Assembly: GCA_034522495.1 (NCBI GenBank)
Contig: JAXHLG010000002.1
Coordinates: forward strand, 401,541 to 465,540
From: Candidatus Moraniibacteriota bacterium
GTDB taxonomy: Bacteria; Patescibacteriota; Minisyncoccia; Moranbacterales; DUUL01
Direction of reading: 5' to 3'
DNA: 64,000 bases
Position numbers and translations under genes: made by a program. A model generated the notes under the pieces. It had not been told where the DNA came from. It saw nothing but the letters and a program-made list of their open reading frames with translations, and ran no database searches. Every line of letters starts with the position of its first letter. The first letter of the stretch is position 1. Of the stretch, positions 51,538 through 60,598 are shown piece by piece.

Positions 51538-53535
51538 ATGCACAAGACCATCTATATTGACGCAGACGAGGAGATTACCAGTATTATAGAAAAAATTGAG
51601 ATCGAAGAGTCGAGAGAAATTTTTTTAGTGGTTCCCAAAGACGCTATGCTTGTTCAAGGAGTTGTAAACTTGAAGCTGCTAAAAAAGGAAGCGGAAAAGC
51701 TGGGTAAAAAGATAGTGTTGGTTACTTCGGATAAATATGCCAAAAGAGTGATAAAAAGCGTTGGCTTCCAAACCAAGGACAAAACTTCGCAAGATTTTTC
51801 TTCTCAACAAGAAAAGCCTGTTCCGGCAAAAAAAGCAAAGATTAAAGAAGAAGAAGCCCCTTCACGGCAATCCGAAGAAGATGAAAAAAAACCAGCCAAG
51901 CGAACCATAGGCAGTCCGAATTTTTTTGATGGCGACCCGGATGATAATGAAGACATTGAAGAAGATCGGGCGGGAGAAACCAGTCCAAGCGAAGAAGAGG
52001 AGAGGCCGGCCGGCCAAAGAAGTCCAAGCGCCAGAAACGCCAGCTTTTCAAAAAGGCGAACTAGAAAACTGCCGGTCCGGGGAGGGTTCATTGCCGACAA
52101 AGAAGAGGAGAAAGAAAGAGAAAGAAATGAAGAATCAAGAAGACGAAACAGGGAGGAGACCGAGCATTCAGAGAGTTTAAGTCAAACAGAGAATTCAGAG
52201 GCCCATCTTTTTAACAAAAAACCCGAAAAGAGAGAAGCCGGCACCGGGAAAACCGAATTTATTGATGAAAGCAAGTTGGAAAGTTTTTACAATGGGCATG
52301 AGAACTCATCAGGGAGAATGAATAATCGTGGGAGCCTGTTTTCGAAAAACAATAGAAAAGATAAGCACAGCAAGCCTTCCGCGGCGAGTCTCTTGTATGG
52401 AATTGGAGGATTGGTTTTGCTGGCCGTTTTTTCCTTTGCCGGGTATTGGCTGTACTTCAAATTGCCGAGAGTGGACATAGAGATCCATCCCCGATTCAAG
52501 GAAGCTTCCGGTAAATTGGAATTGAAAGCCAAGGAGGCCGGGGCGGTTTCTTCTTCGGACAAAGCTGTTATTCAAGGGCATTTAAACGACTTTGAAGTAA
52601 CGCAATCTCAAACATTTCAAGCTACCGGTGAAAAATTCAGCTCGGATAAAGGAAAAGCCAGGGGAAGAGTTAAAATTTACAATCGCTACTCCGGCCAGAA
52701 TCAGCCTTTGGTGGCCACCACGAGAGTGCTGTCCGAGGAAGGAAAGCTTTTCAGGCTGACCGAGGGGGTGACTGTTCCCGGCATGAAAGGTGAAGAGCCG
52801 GGAGTGGTCGAGGCTAAAGTAATTGCCGACGAGCCGGGGGATGAATACAACATTGAACCTTCTAAATTTACTATTGAGGGATTCAAGGGAGGCCCCAAGT
52901 ACGAAAAATTCGAAGTTGAATCCGAACAAAAAATGCAAGGAGGGGAAGAAAGCGTGGAAAATCAGAAAGTCAAAGCAGTGACAGAGCAAGACATTGACAA
53001 AGCCAGGGAAGAAACAGTGGATAAGCTCAAGTCTTCTTTGGCAAGCAAAATAAGATCAAAAGCGGGCCAAGGGATGATTTTCTTGGAAGGTTCGGCCGAG
53101 AAGGAAATTATTGAGAACACTTCCAGCCACCAAGCGGGGGATATCGCTCAAGAGTTTGAATATACGGTAAAAGAAAAAGTTAAAATCATCACTTTTAGTG
53201 AAAATGAGCTGAACGAACAAATCAAGAAAAGCTTGGGCGCGAAAATGGAAGAAGGCTATGCTTTTGATAAAATTATTGAAATCGAATATGTCAAAGATAT
53301 CGCCGATTACGAAAATAAAGAGCTTGACTTAACCGTGGAGGCTCGGGCCGCTTATCGCCCCCTCATAGAAAAAGAAAAAATAAAAAGCGAACTTAACGGA
53401 GAAAAAAGCGAAGAGATAAAACAATATTTATCCACTTTGGACAAAATAGAAAAAGCCGTAATAACCTACGACCCGGCTTGGCTGAGCAGCTTTTCTGTAA
53501 GGAAGGAAAACATCTCCATCCGGGGGCGCCAGTAG
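51538..53535 (+). CDS. Hypothetical bitopic protein downstream of ftsA
   Basis: 665 aa: conserved-looking N-terminal about 80 aa, a charged disordered region of about 200 aa, one TM (LLYGIGGLVLLAVFSFAGYWLYF), and a beta-rich C-terminal half. No family recognised with confidence. Confidence 0.6.
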   Translation: MHKTIYIDADEEITSIIEKIEIEESREIFLVVPKDAMLVQGVVNLKLLKKEAEKLGKKIVLVTSDKYAKRVIKSVGFQTKDKTSQDFSSQQEKPVPAKKAKIKEEEAPSRQSEEDEKKPAKRTIGSPNFFDGDPDDNEDIEEDRAGETSPSEEEERPAGQRSPSARNASFSKRRTRKLPVRGGFIADKEEEKERERNEESRRRNREETEHSESLSQTENSEAHLFNKKPEKREAGTGKTEFIDESKLESFYNGHENSSGRMNNRGSLFSKNNRKDKHSKPSAASLLYGIGGLVLLAVFSFAGYWLYFKLPRVDIEIHPRFKEASGKLELKAKEAGAVSSSDKAVIQGHLNDFEVTQSQTFQATGEKFSSDKGKARGRVKIYNRYSGQNQPLVATTRVLSEEGKLFRLTEGVTVPGMKGEEPGVVEAKVIADEPGDEYNIEPSKFTIEGFKGGPKYEKFEVESEQKMQGGEESVENQKVKAVTEQDIDKAREETVDKLKSSLASKIRSKAGQGMIFLEGSAEKEIIENTSSHQAGDIAQEFEYTVKEKVKIITFSENELNEQIKKSLGAKMEEGYAFDKIIEIEYVKDIADYENKELDLTVEARAAYRPLIEKEKIKSELNGEKSEEIKQYLSTLDKIEKAVITYDPAWLSSFSVRKENISIRGRQ

Positions 53536-53830
53536 TAGCAAGGGGCAAATATCAAGGGTTAAGGGAGAAAACAGTAATTCTCTCTTACTAGTTGTAACGT
53601 TTTCTCCCGGCTGAGGGCCTCTCTAAACCCGTCATACTGCCGTTTGTCGTATTTAGGAGAAGGTTTTGGCTATTAGTTGGAAAAACTGCCTCTCCGGCGC
53701 GTAAGGCAAAAGAAGGCCTGTTCTAGCCTTGAGAATGACAAATTTTCTATTTTTCTGCATTAGGACTTGATTTGAAATTTGAGCTTTTAGTGTATACTGA
53801 ATATATTGAATATAAATATACTGAATATAC

Positions 53831-53859
53831 TTGACAAGAAAAAAATAATGGATTAGTAT
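53831..53859 (+). promoter_or_regulatory. Sigma70-like promoter upstream of infA
   Basis: TTGACA (53831-53836), 17-nt spacer, TAGTAT (53854-53859). Preceded by direct repeats atactgaatata. Confidence 0.4.
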
Positions 53860-53946
53860 TCATTTCAGGCTTGGAATGAGCTTAAAATAATCATTTACCG
53901 ACTGGTTTTCGGGAAGATTTTTTTTATTGTAGCGATATAAATTATC

Positions 53947-54159
53947 ATGGCTAAAGAAATTGTCAAATTAGAAGGAGAGATTGTGGAGCTTCTGCCGAGC
54001 ACCATGTTTCGGGTAAAGCTTGAAAATGGGCATATCATACTGGCTCATATTTCCGGCAAGATGAGAATAAATTTTATAAAATTGATGCCCGGAGACAAAG
54101 TGGAGATCGAAATGAGCCCCTACGATTTGACCAAAGGAAGAATAATTAAAAGATTGTAA
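53947..54159 (+). CDS. infA: Translation initiation factor IF-1
   Basis: [40 protein letters not shown]... Confidence 0.95.
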   Translation: MAKEIVKLEGEIVELLPSTMFRVKLENGHIILAHISGKMRINFIKLMPGDKVEIEMSPYDLTKGRIIKRL

Positions 54160-54160
54160 T

Positions 54161-54274
54161 ATGAAGGTTCAAGCATCCGTTAAAAAAAGATGCGATAAGT
54201 GCAAGGTGGTTAAAAGAAAGGGGAGAGTATATGTAGTCTGCAAAAACCCCAGGCACAAGCAAAGACAAGGTTAA
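54161..54274 (+). CDS. rpmJ: 50S ribosomal protein L36 (absent from the supplied ORF track)
   Basis: Manual translation: [37 protein letters not shown], stop TAA at 54272-54274. Canonical position between infA and rpsM. Confidence 0.9.
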   Translation: MKVQASVKKRCDKCKVVKRKGRVYVVCKNPRHKQRQG

Positions 54275-54334
54275 GGCCTTTTTAAAAACATTTAAGGCTA
54301 TTTTTTTGTCACTTAATTATAATTATCGAAACTT

Positions 54335-54688
54335 ATGGCTGTTAGAATTGCGCGGGTAACTATTCCAAACGAAAAGAGAATAGAAATTGCTCTAACATAT
54401 ATTTACGGAATAGGGCTATCCAGGTCTCAAAAAATTCTGGAGAAGCTTTCCGTTGATGGAAACAAGAGAACGAAAGACTTGACGGCAGAGGAGATTAACA
54501 AGCTCAGAGAAGAACTTGAAAATAGATACACCCTGGAAGGAGAATTGAAAAGGCAGGTTCAAATGAACGTGAAAAGATTGAAAGAGAACAGTTCCTACAG
54601 GGGCAAAAGGCACGTTGCCGGGCTTCCCTCCAGAGGCCAGAGAACCAAAACAAACACCAGGACGGCCAAAAGGTTTAGGAAAAGATAA
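54335..54688 (+). CDS. rpsM: 30S ribosomal protein S13
   Basis: [35 protein letters not shown]... Confidence 0.95.
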   Translation: MAVRIARVTIPNEKRIEIALTYIYGIGLSRSQKILEKLSVDGNKRTKDLTAEEINKLREELENRYTLEGELKRQVQMNVKRLKENSSYRGKRHVAGLPSRGQRTKTNTRTAKRFRKR

Positions 54689-54728
54689 TATCGGCATAAA
54701 TTAGTAAACAATAATTTTTTGAATAATT

Positions 54729-55361
54729 ATGACTGAAAAAAAGAAGAAAAAAGCGGAAACGGCGGAAAACAAGAAGGAAGAAAAGCAAGAATCCGCCAAA
54801 AAAGAGCAGAACAAAGAACAATCCGATAGAAAAGAAGAAAAGGCGGAGAAAAGCAAGAGCGCCAAAAGCGAGGAAGGAAAAAAGACGCAAGACGCTGCAG
54901 CTCAGGCTGATCAGCAACAGGACGAGAAGGGAAGCGACCAAGTAAGTGAAGAATCGGAACAAAAGGCGGATGCTGTAAAGGTCAAGAGAAAAAAGAAAAG
55001 AAGAATTCGAAGACAAGTGCAGAAAGGGCAAGCATTTGTTAAGTCCACCTATAATAATACCATGGTGACATTGTGTGATTTGCACGGAAATACGCTGGCA
55101 TGGTCTTCCTCCGGATTGCTGGGCTTCAAGGGCGCCAAAAAAGCCACCACCTACGCGGCTTCCCAGGTTGTGAACGATGTGACGGAAAAAGTTCAGAAAT
55201 ACGGGCTGAAAGATTTGGAAGTTTTTGTCAAAGGAGTGGGTTCAGGCAGGGAATCAGCCATAAGAACCTTGGCTCAAAAAGGCTTCAATCTGAACATGAT
55301 CAAGGACAGGACTCCGATTCCTCATAATGGATGCAGACCGCCGAAACCCAGAAGAGTTTAA
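54729..55361 (+). CDS. rpsK: 30S ribosomal protein S11 with a K/E-rich N-terminal extension of about 85 aa
   Basis: Core GQAFVKSTYNNTMVTLCDLHGNTLAWSSSG...PIPHNGCRPPKPRRV. Confidence 0.95.
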   Translation: MTEKKKKKAETAENKKEEKQESAKKEQNKEQSDRKEEKAEKSKSAKSEEGKKTQDAAAQADQQQDEKGSDQVSEESEQKADAVKVKRKKKRRIRRQVQKGQAFVKSTYNNTMVTLCDLHGNTLAWSSSGLLGFKGAKKATTYAASQVVNDVTEKVQKYGLKDLEVFVKGVGSGRESAIRTLAQKGFNLNMIKDRTPIPHNGCRPPKPRRV

Positions 55362-55402
55362 GTTCATAAAATTTAGTAATTTTTAACAGAATATTTTAAA
55401 AA

Positions 55403-56038
55403 ATGGCAACAAACGGAGAATCAAAATGCAAATTGTGCAGGAGAGCGGGAGAAAAACTTTTTCTTAAGGGAGAGAAGTGCGCTACTCCGAAATGCCCCGT
55501 AGTAAGAAAACCCTACGCTCCGGGCGTTCATGGCGGCAAAGGCAGGCAAAAAAGCTTAAGCGAATACGGGAAGCAGCTATTGCAGAAGCAGAAAGTGCGC
55601 AGGATTTACGGGGTAAGCGAAAAACAGTTCAGAAAACATCTCAAGGAGGCGACAAGCAAAAAAGGCGTGGCCGGGGATAATTTGGTGGGAAGACTCGAAT
55701 TGAGGCTTGACAACGTCGTTTTTCGGCTTGGGTTGGCCGACTCCAGGGCCAGAGCCAGGCAAATTGTGAAGCACGGTCATTTTATAATAAACGGCAAGAA
55801 GCTTGACATTCCATCCGCGTGCTTGAAAGTGGGCGATGAAATTTCCATTAAACAAACCAAGCTAGAAAAAAAATATTTTGCGGATAAAAAAATGATATTG
55901 GGCAAAAATGCAGGTACTCCCAGCTGGCTGAGCCTGGACCCGAAAAAGATGACTGGAAAAATATTGGCTGCTCCGGTGAAAGACGAAACTGAAGTAAGCG
56001 TGGATATGCAGGAAGTGGTTGAGTTTTATTCCAGGTAA
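55403..56038 (+). CDS. rpsD: 30S ribosomal protein S4
   Basis: CKLCRRAGEKLFLKGEKC zinc-ribbon-like N-terminus and an S4 domain RLDNVVFRLGLADSRARARQIVKHGHFIING. Confidence 0.95.
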   Translation: MATNGESKCKLCRRAGEKLFLKGEKCATPKCPVVRKPYAPGVHGGKGRQKSLSEYGKQLLQKQKVRRIYGVSEKQFRKHLKEATSKKGVAGDNLVGRLELRLDNVVFRLGLADSRARARQIVKHGHFIINGKKLDIPSACLKVGDEISIKQTKLEKKYFADKKMILGKNAGTPSWLSLDPKKMTGKILAAPVKDETEVSVDMQEVVEFYSR

Positions 56039-56110
56039 TTAGAAGTATTAAATTTATTTGCCGGCGCAATATTTGTTCGGCTAAAGTTTTTTAAAGATTA
56101 ACAATAAAAA

Positions 56111-57046
56111 ATGTTATCAGTTACACTTCCAGAGTCTCCCAAGTTTGAAAAAATAGACAACAACAAAAGCAAGTTTATTGTAGAATCTTGCTACCCGGGC
56201 TATGGCATCACCCTGGGAAACGCTCTCAGGAGAGTTTTGTTGTCTTCTTTGGGGGGCAGCGCCGTAACCGAAGTTAAGATTAAAGGGGTTACGCACGAAT
56301 TTACCACTTTAAAAAATGTCAAAGAAGACGTAGTGCAGATTGTGCTGAATCTTAAAGATATCAGATTCAAGCTGCACGACTCGGACAACGCCGAAGTGAA
56401 ACTCAAGGCGAAAGGTCAGAAAGAGGTTACCGCCAAAGACATAAAGTTGCCCGCCGGAATCGAAATTGCCAATCCCGAGCAGCACATTGCCACTCTGACA
56501 TCCAAAACGGCCGACTTGGAAATTGATATCAAAGTGGAAAAAGGAGTCGGATATGTGGCCGTGGAACAGCAAGAAAAAGAAGAAAAAGAATTGGGGGCTA
56601 TAGCGCTGGATGCGGCTTTCAGTCCCATAAAAAGGGTTAATTTTAGTGTTGACAATATGCGCGTGGGCAAGAGGACTGATTATGACAAGATTACCTTGGA
56701 GGTGGAGACAGACGGAACCATTACGCCGGAGGAGGCTTACGGAGAGGCTGTCGAGGCCTTGATGTCCCAATTTAATGCTTTGATTGACTTTAAGGAAACA
56801 AGCGCTGTCGAAGAAGAGGACGAGGCGGAAGAAGAAAAAGAAGTCAAGCAAAATAAGACCGAAATATCAGCTCTGGAGCTTTCCACCCGCATTCACAACG
56901 TTTTAGAAAGCAACGGCATTAGAACGGTGGAAGATATTTCTTCCATGGCGGAGAAGGAGCTCAAAGACCTGAGCGGAATGGGAGCCAAGGGAGTGGAGGA
57001 AATTAAGAGCGCTATGAAAAGGCTGGGGTATAATTTGGAAGCCTAA
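56111..57046 (+). CDS. rpoA: DNA-directed RNA polymerase alpha subunit
   Basis: GYGITLGNALRRVLLSSLGGSAV and C-terminal domain LELSTRIHNVLESNGIRTVEDI. Confidence 0.95.
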   Translation: MLSVTLPESPKFEKIDNNKSKFIVESCYPGYGITLGNALRRVLLSSLGGSAVTEVKIKGVTHEFTTLKNVKEDVVQIVLNLKDIRFKLHDSDNAEVKLKAKGQKEVTAKDIKLPAGIEIANPEQHIATLTSKTADLEIDIKVEKGVGYVAVEQQEKEEKELGAIALDAAFSPIKRVNFSVDNMRVGKRTDYDKITLEVETDGTITPEEAYGEAVEALMSQFNALIDFKETSAVEEEDEAEEEKEVKQNKTEISALELSTRIHNVLESNGIRTVEDISSMAEKELKDLSGMGAKGVEEIKSAMKRLGYNLEA

Positions 57047-57159
57047 TTAGGGCCTGCCCCGCTGCGGGCAAAATATGTAAAATATTTATATTATTAAAGT
57101 GGTGCGAAAAATAATTTTTCAGGGGCAGCAGATTTTTTTCAAAAATCAGCAGCCCCTAA
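57047..57159. mobile_element. MITE-like element, family C, short copy C2, abutting the rpoA stop codon
   Basis: ttagggcctgccccgctgcgggcaaaatatgtaaaatatttatatt...tttttttcaaaaatcagcagcccctaa. Confidence 0.7.
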
Positions 57160-57208
57160 TTACATTGCCCGCCGGGCAAACATAATAAACGATGGTTAAA
57201 CCTAAATT

Positions 57209-57763
57209 ATGAGAAAAAGAACTAAAGGAAAAAAACTGCAAAGGCAAAAGGGGCAGAGAGTCGCTTTGCTAAGAACTCTCTTAGTTAGCTTGATTGAAAA
57301 CAAGAGCATTGTTACCACCTTGCCCAAGGCCAAAGAACTAAAGCCTTTTGCTGAAAAGAAAGTGACGATTGCCAAAAGAGGCTTAGCCGGAGATGCTCTA
57401 ACCAAGTTAGCCAAGTTGAGACTTCTGAAAGAAGACTTGCCAAATCAGGAAACAGTGAAGAAATTATTCGAAATAGCCGAAAGATCCAAGAATAGAAACG
57501 GAGGATATGTTCGCATTCTAAAATTAATGCCCAGAAAAAGCGACTCCACCGACTTAGCTTTAGTTGAATGGGTGGATGGCGGCAAGCGGGAAGAAACTGA
57601 AAAGAAAACCAAGGAAAGCAAGAAAAAAGAGGATAAAACCAGGGAAGGCGGCCCAAGCCGGAAGAAGGCCGAAGAGCAGGGAGGCAAAAAAGAAGAAGCC
57701 TCTGGCAAAGCGAAGGAATCCGAGAAGAATAAAACCGGCCAAGAGAAAACCGAAGAAAAATAA
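57209..57763 (+). CDS. rplQ: 50S ribosomal protein L17 with a K/E-rich C-terminal extension of about 60 aa
   Basis: RALLRTLLVSLIENKSIVTTLPKAKELKPFAEK...NGGYVRILKL. Confidence 0.9.
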   Translation: MRKRTKGKKLQRQKGQRVALLRTLLVSLIENKSIVTTLPKAKELKPFAEKKVTIAKRGLAGDALTKLAKLRLLKEDLPNQETVKKLFEIAERSKNRNGGYVRILKLMPRKSDSTDLALVEWVDGGKREETEKKTKESKKKEDKTREGGPSRKKAEEQGGKKEEASGKAKESEKNKTGQEKTEEK

Positions 57764-57782
57764 CATTTAGAGATGATAAACT

Positions 57783-58187
57783 ATGAATAAGCAAATCAAC
57801 AATAAGGAAAAATTTGTTTTATACGATGCCAAGGGAGAGATTTTGGGCAGAATAGCGACTCGTATCGCCAAGGATTTATCCGGAAAAAATGAAGTTAATT
57901 ATGACCCGAGAATCGGCGGAGATACGCGAGTGGTGGTGATTAATTCAAGCAAGGTAAGGTTGAGCGGAGAAAAGGACAAGAAAAAAATTTACTGGCGCCA
58001 CTCCGGCTTTCCGGGAGGAATATACGCCAGGAGTTTTGAAGAAATGAAAGAAAAAGATTCACGGGAGATAATACATAAAGCGGTAAAGGGGATGATGCCG
58101 AAGAACAAAATATCCAAAGAAGCAATGAAAAGGCTGCGGGTGTTTGAAAGCGAAGAGCATCCCTATAAAGATAAGTTTTCCGCATAG
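57783..58187 (+). CDS. rplM: 50S ribosomal protein L13
   Basis: ILGRIATRIAKDLSGK...VVVINSSKVRLSG.KDKKKIYWRHSGFPGG. Confidence 0.9.
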   Translation: MNKQINNKEKFVLYDAKGEILGRIATRIAKDLSGKNEVNYDPRIGGDTRVVVINSSKVRLSGEKDKKKIYWRHSGFPGGIYARSFEEMKEKDSREIIHKAVKGMMPKNKISKEAMKRLRVFESEEHPYKDKFSA

Positions 58188-58244
58188 AGAAGTTTTGTCT
58201 GATCTAAGCGCCGATAAAGAAGATAAGTAAACTATTTTAAATTT

Positions 58245-58652
58245 ATGGCAAAAAAAGATAAGAAATTTTTTGAAGGCTTGGGGAGAAGAAAAGAAAGCGT
58301 GGCCAGAGTTAGGCTGACTGAAACCGAAAAAGATCCCGGCATTTCCATCAATGAGAAAGATCTTGAGGTATTTCTGCCTATTCTGGAATTAAAGGAAACG
58401 GTTACGGCTCCTCTTAGGGCTACCGGCATGGATAAAAAGTTCGATATTACCGTTCGAGCCAAGGGAGGCGGAGTGCGAGGCCAAGCGGAAGCTATCAAAA
58501 TGGGATTGTCCAGGGCTCTGGTCAAATATAATGGCGAATTTCACCAAACTTTAAAAGATTTGGACTACTTGAAACGCGATTCCAGGCGAAAAGAGCGAAA
58601 AAAACCCGGACTCAAAAAAGCCCGAAGGGCCGCCCAGTGGAGAAAAAGATAA
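58245..58652 (+). CDS. rpsI: 30S ribosomal protein S9
   Basis: GLGRRKESVARVRL...GGGVRGQAEAIKMGLSRAL...RDSRRKERKKPGLKKARRAAQWRKR. Confidence 0.95.
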   Translation: MAKKDKKFFEGLGRRKESVARVRLTETEKDPGISINEKDLEVFLPILELKETVTAPLRATGMDKKFDITVRAKGGGVRGQAEAIKMGLSRALVKYNGEFHQTLKDLDYLKRDSRRKERKKPGLKKARRAAQWRKR

Positions 58653-58678
58653 TACTCATGAATGCAAATTTACGAACT

Positions 58679-58705
58679 AACAGCCCCGTTCAAGGGCTGT
58701 TTTTG
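58679..58705 (+). terminator. Intrinsic terminator after rpsI
   Basis: aacagccc-cgttcaa-gggctgtt followed by tttg. Confidence 0.7.
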
Positions 58706-58791
58706 ATAAATTTTATAACGTTCTAAGAAAAATTATCAAATTTGTTAAGATGTTTATGTGAGATTCGCCAGCATTATTTACAGTTTTACTT

Positions 58792-58965
58792 CGCTCGGGA
58801 ATATAAAATTTGAAAGAAAAATCTAGCTCGTCGCGTCGTTCGCGAACGACGTGACTCGCTTTCTGATTTTCTAACTAAATTTTCTTCCAAGGCTTCAGAA
58901 AATTTAGAGAAAATTCCGAACCGCTCAAACAGACGATTTTGTCTTCAAATTTTATATCCCCTCGC
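58792..58965. repeat. Palindromic element, single copy in this window
   Basis: Arms cgctcgggaatataaaatttgaaag / cttcaaattttatatcccctcgc around the perfect 18-bp palindrome cgtcgttcgcgaacgacg (58834-58851). Confidence 0.6.
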
Positions 58966-59082
58966 TCTTGTGATGTGTAAACAACGCTCTGGGTTCTAAC
59001 AGTTAATATGCTAAAATGTTAAAATGAAAATAACTTGATTTTACAAATTTCGGATATTGGTTTATTCTATGTTAGAGAAAAG

Positions 59083-59232
59083 AAACCACTAAAGAATGTC
59101 ATTCTGAACTTGCTTGTCCGGCTTTGACGAGCCGCGTCCGCCTCTGGCGGGACATCAAAATCCAATGAATACCAAAAAAGGCCTTGTAAAGAGACTCTGA
59201 TTTTCATCAGAATGACAAAATTTTCAAAATAA
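59083..59232. mobile_element. MITE-like element, family D, copy D2
   Basis: gaaaccactaaagaatgtcattctgaac...ctgattttcatcagaatgacaaaattttcaaaataa. Directly abuts C3. Confidence 0.75.
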
Positions 59233-59392
59233 TTAGGGCCTGCCCCGCATTGCGGGGCAAATAAGGTAAAATATTTATATTTTTAAAGCGGTGGGAAAAA
59301 TTATTTTGCCTTATTTGTGAGATTTTAGTTAAAATAATTTTTTCCCGCAAAGCGGGAGCAGCAGATTTTTTTCAAAAATCAGCAGCCCCTAA
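59233..59392. mobile_element. MITE-like element, family C, copy C3 (full length, about 160 bp)
   Basis: ttagggcctgccccgcattgcggggcaaat...atatttatatttttaaagcggtgggaaaa...cccgcaaagcggg...tttttttcaaaaatcagcagcccctaa. Imperfect TIR TTAGGG(C/G)CTGC. Confidence 0.8.
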
Positions 59393-59442
59393 TCAATTCT
59401 TCAGTGATTTCAGAAATACAAACCAATTAAATTAAATGAAAA

Positions 59443-60504
59443 ATGGCCGGATTTATCAAAAAAAAGATTCAATCCTTTACTTTGGGGGAAAAATTAAAAA
59501 AAATAAGGGAGAAAAGAGGGGTTTCTTTGGCGGAAATCTCTAATTTTACCAAAGTAAAGCAAGACCATCTGCAAAAAATCGAGGATGGAGACTTTGAAAA
59601 ATTGCCTCCCGATGTATATGTTAAAGGATTTTTGAAAAGTTATGCCAAATTCTTCAATCTTGATCCAGACGAGATTATAAGTTATTACGAAAAAGAAATC
59701 GGCATTAGAAATAACATCAAAAAATACCAAAACCCTATCCAAAGAAAAAAAAGGGAGCTTTTTCCTAATATTGCCATAACGCCCAAGGTGTTCACCGCAT
59801 TATTTTCCGCTCTTGTCGTGATTGGAGGTTTTGCGTATTTTTATCTTGAAATCGAAAAATTTTCCAAAGATCCGAGACTGGTTATTTTGCAGCCATCAAG
59901 CCAGTCATCGGTGGATAAAAGCTCGGTCGAGATTATTGGTTTGACCGACGAAGAGAATAAGGTGACGATCAACGGGCAGCCCATTAGAATTAACAATCAA
60001 GGGGAATTTAAGGAAAACTTAGGTCTTCACAAAGGAGTAAACAAAGTTGTAATTCAGGCTAAGAATAAATTTGGAGCTGCAACAGAGAGGGAATTGAATA
60101 TATCCGCCGACTTCAAAGTAGCCTCGGTTCGGGGAGTGGAAGACGGACAGGACGGGGAAACAAAAGAAGAAAAAGAGGGAGGCCAGAAAAAAGAATTCAG
60201 TTTTTCCATAGAAGCCAGGGATGATCCTGTCTGGATAGCAGTTGAAGTCGACGGCGAGAAGAAGCAGGACGGAACTATGCTTCCCGGATCGGTGCAAGCC
60301 TTCAAAGTAAAAGAAAAAATCAAAGTTACCTCCGGAAAGGCGGACAAGACTTATGTAAAAATTGACGGAAAAGAGCCAGTTAAACTGGCAGATCATCCCG
60401 GAGTGGAGAGGGGAGCGGTGTTTGACAAAAACGGAAAGATAAAAGAGAATGAAGAGAATGAAAATCAATCGGAAAAGGAAAAGGAGGGGGATAGTGCCGA
60501 TTAA
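59443..60504 (+). CDS. rodZ: RodZ-like cytoskeleton protein (XRE HTH, TM, DUF4115-like C-terminus)
   Basis: LGEKLKKIREKRGVSLAEISNFTKVKQDHLQKIEDGDFEKLPPDVYVKGFLKSYAKFFNLD, TM FTALFSALVVIGGFAYFYL, C-terminal VWIAVEVDGEK... Confidence 0.7.
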   Translation: MAGFIKKKIQSFTLGEKLKKIREKRGVSLAEISNFTKVKQDHLQKIEDGDFEKLPPDVYVKGFLKSYAKFFNLDPDEIISYYEKEIGIRNNIKKYQNPIQRKKRELFPNIAITPKVFTALFSALVVIGGFAYFYLEIEKFSKDPRLVILQPSSQSSVDKSSVEIIGLTDEENKVTINGQPIRINNQGEFKENLGLHKGVNKVVIQAKNKFGAATERELNISADFKVASVRGVEDGQDGETKEEKEGGQKKEFSFSIEARDDPVWIAVEVDGEKKQDGTMLPGSVQAFKVKEKIKVTSGKADKTYVKIDGKEPVKLADHPGVERGAVFDKNGKIKENEENENQSEKEKEGDSAD

Positions 60505-60598
60505 AATTAAAAAATTTAACATAATTTGATTCATATTTCGCTAAGCGATATGAATTATGCAGTTTAGGAGGGATAATAAGCAATTAATATAAAGAAAA

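Noticed and set aside
53536-53760. Assigning this spacer, or 49730-49930, to RNase P RNA, SRP RNA, tmRNA or 6S RNA
   Set aside because: I could not find the conserved core motifs (for example the GGAAAGUCC-type P4 strand, the SRP GGAA/AGCAG domain IV loop, or a tmRNA tRNA-like end). They are kept only as low-confidence ncRNA candidates.
54675-57794. Long antisense or overlapping ORFs within ribosomal-protein, clpB, recA and surface-protein genes (e.g. 54675..55085 -, 57312..57794 -, 47380..47712 -, 61073..61639 -)
   Set aside because: They are mirror images of K/E-rich or otherwise well-identified genes and translate to F/L/S-rich low-complexity peptides with no motifs. In the tandem units they merely repeat because the DNA repeats.
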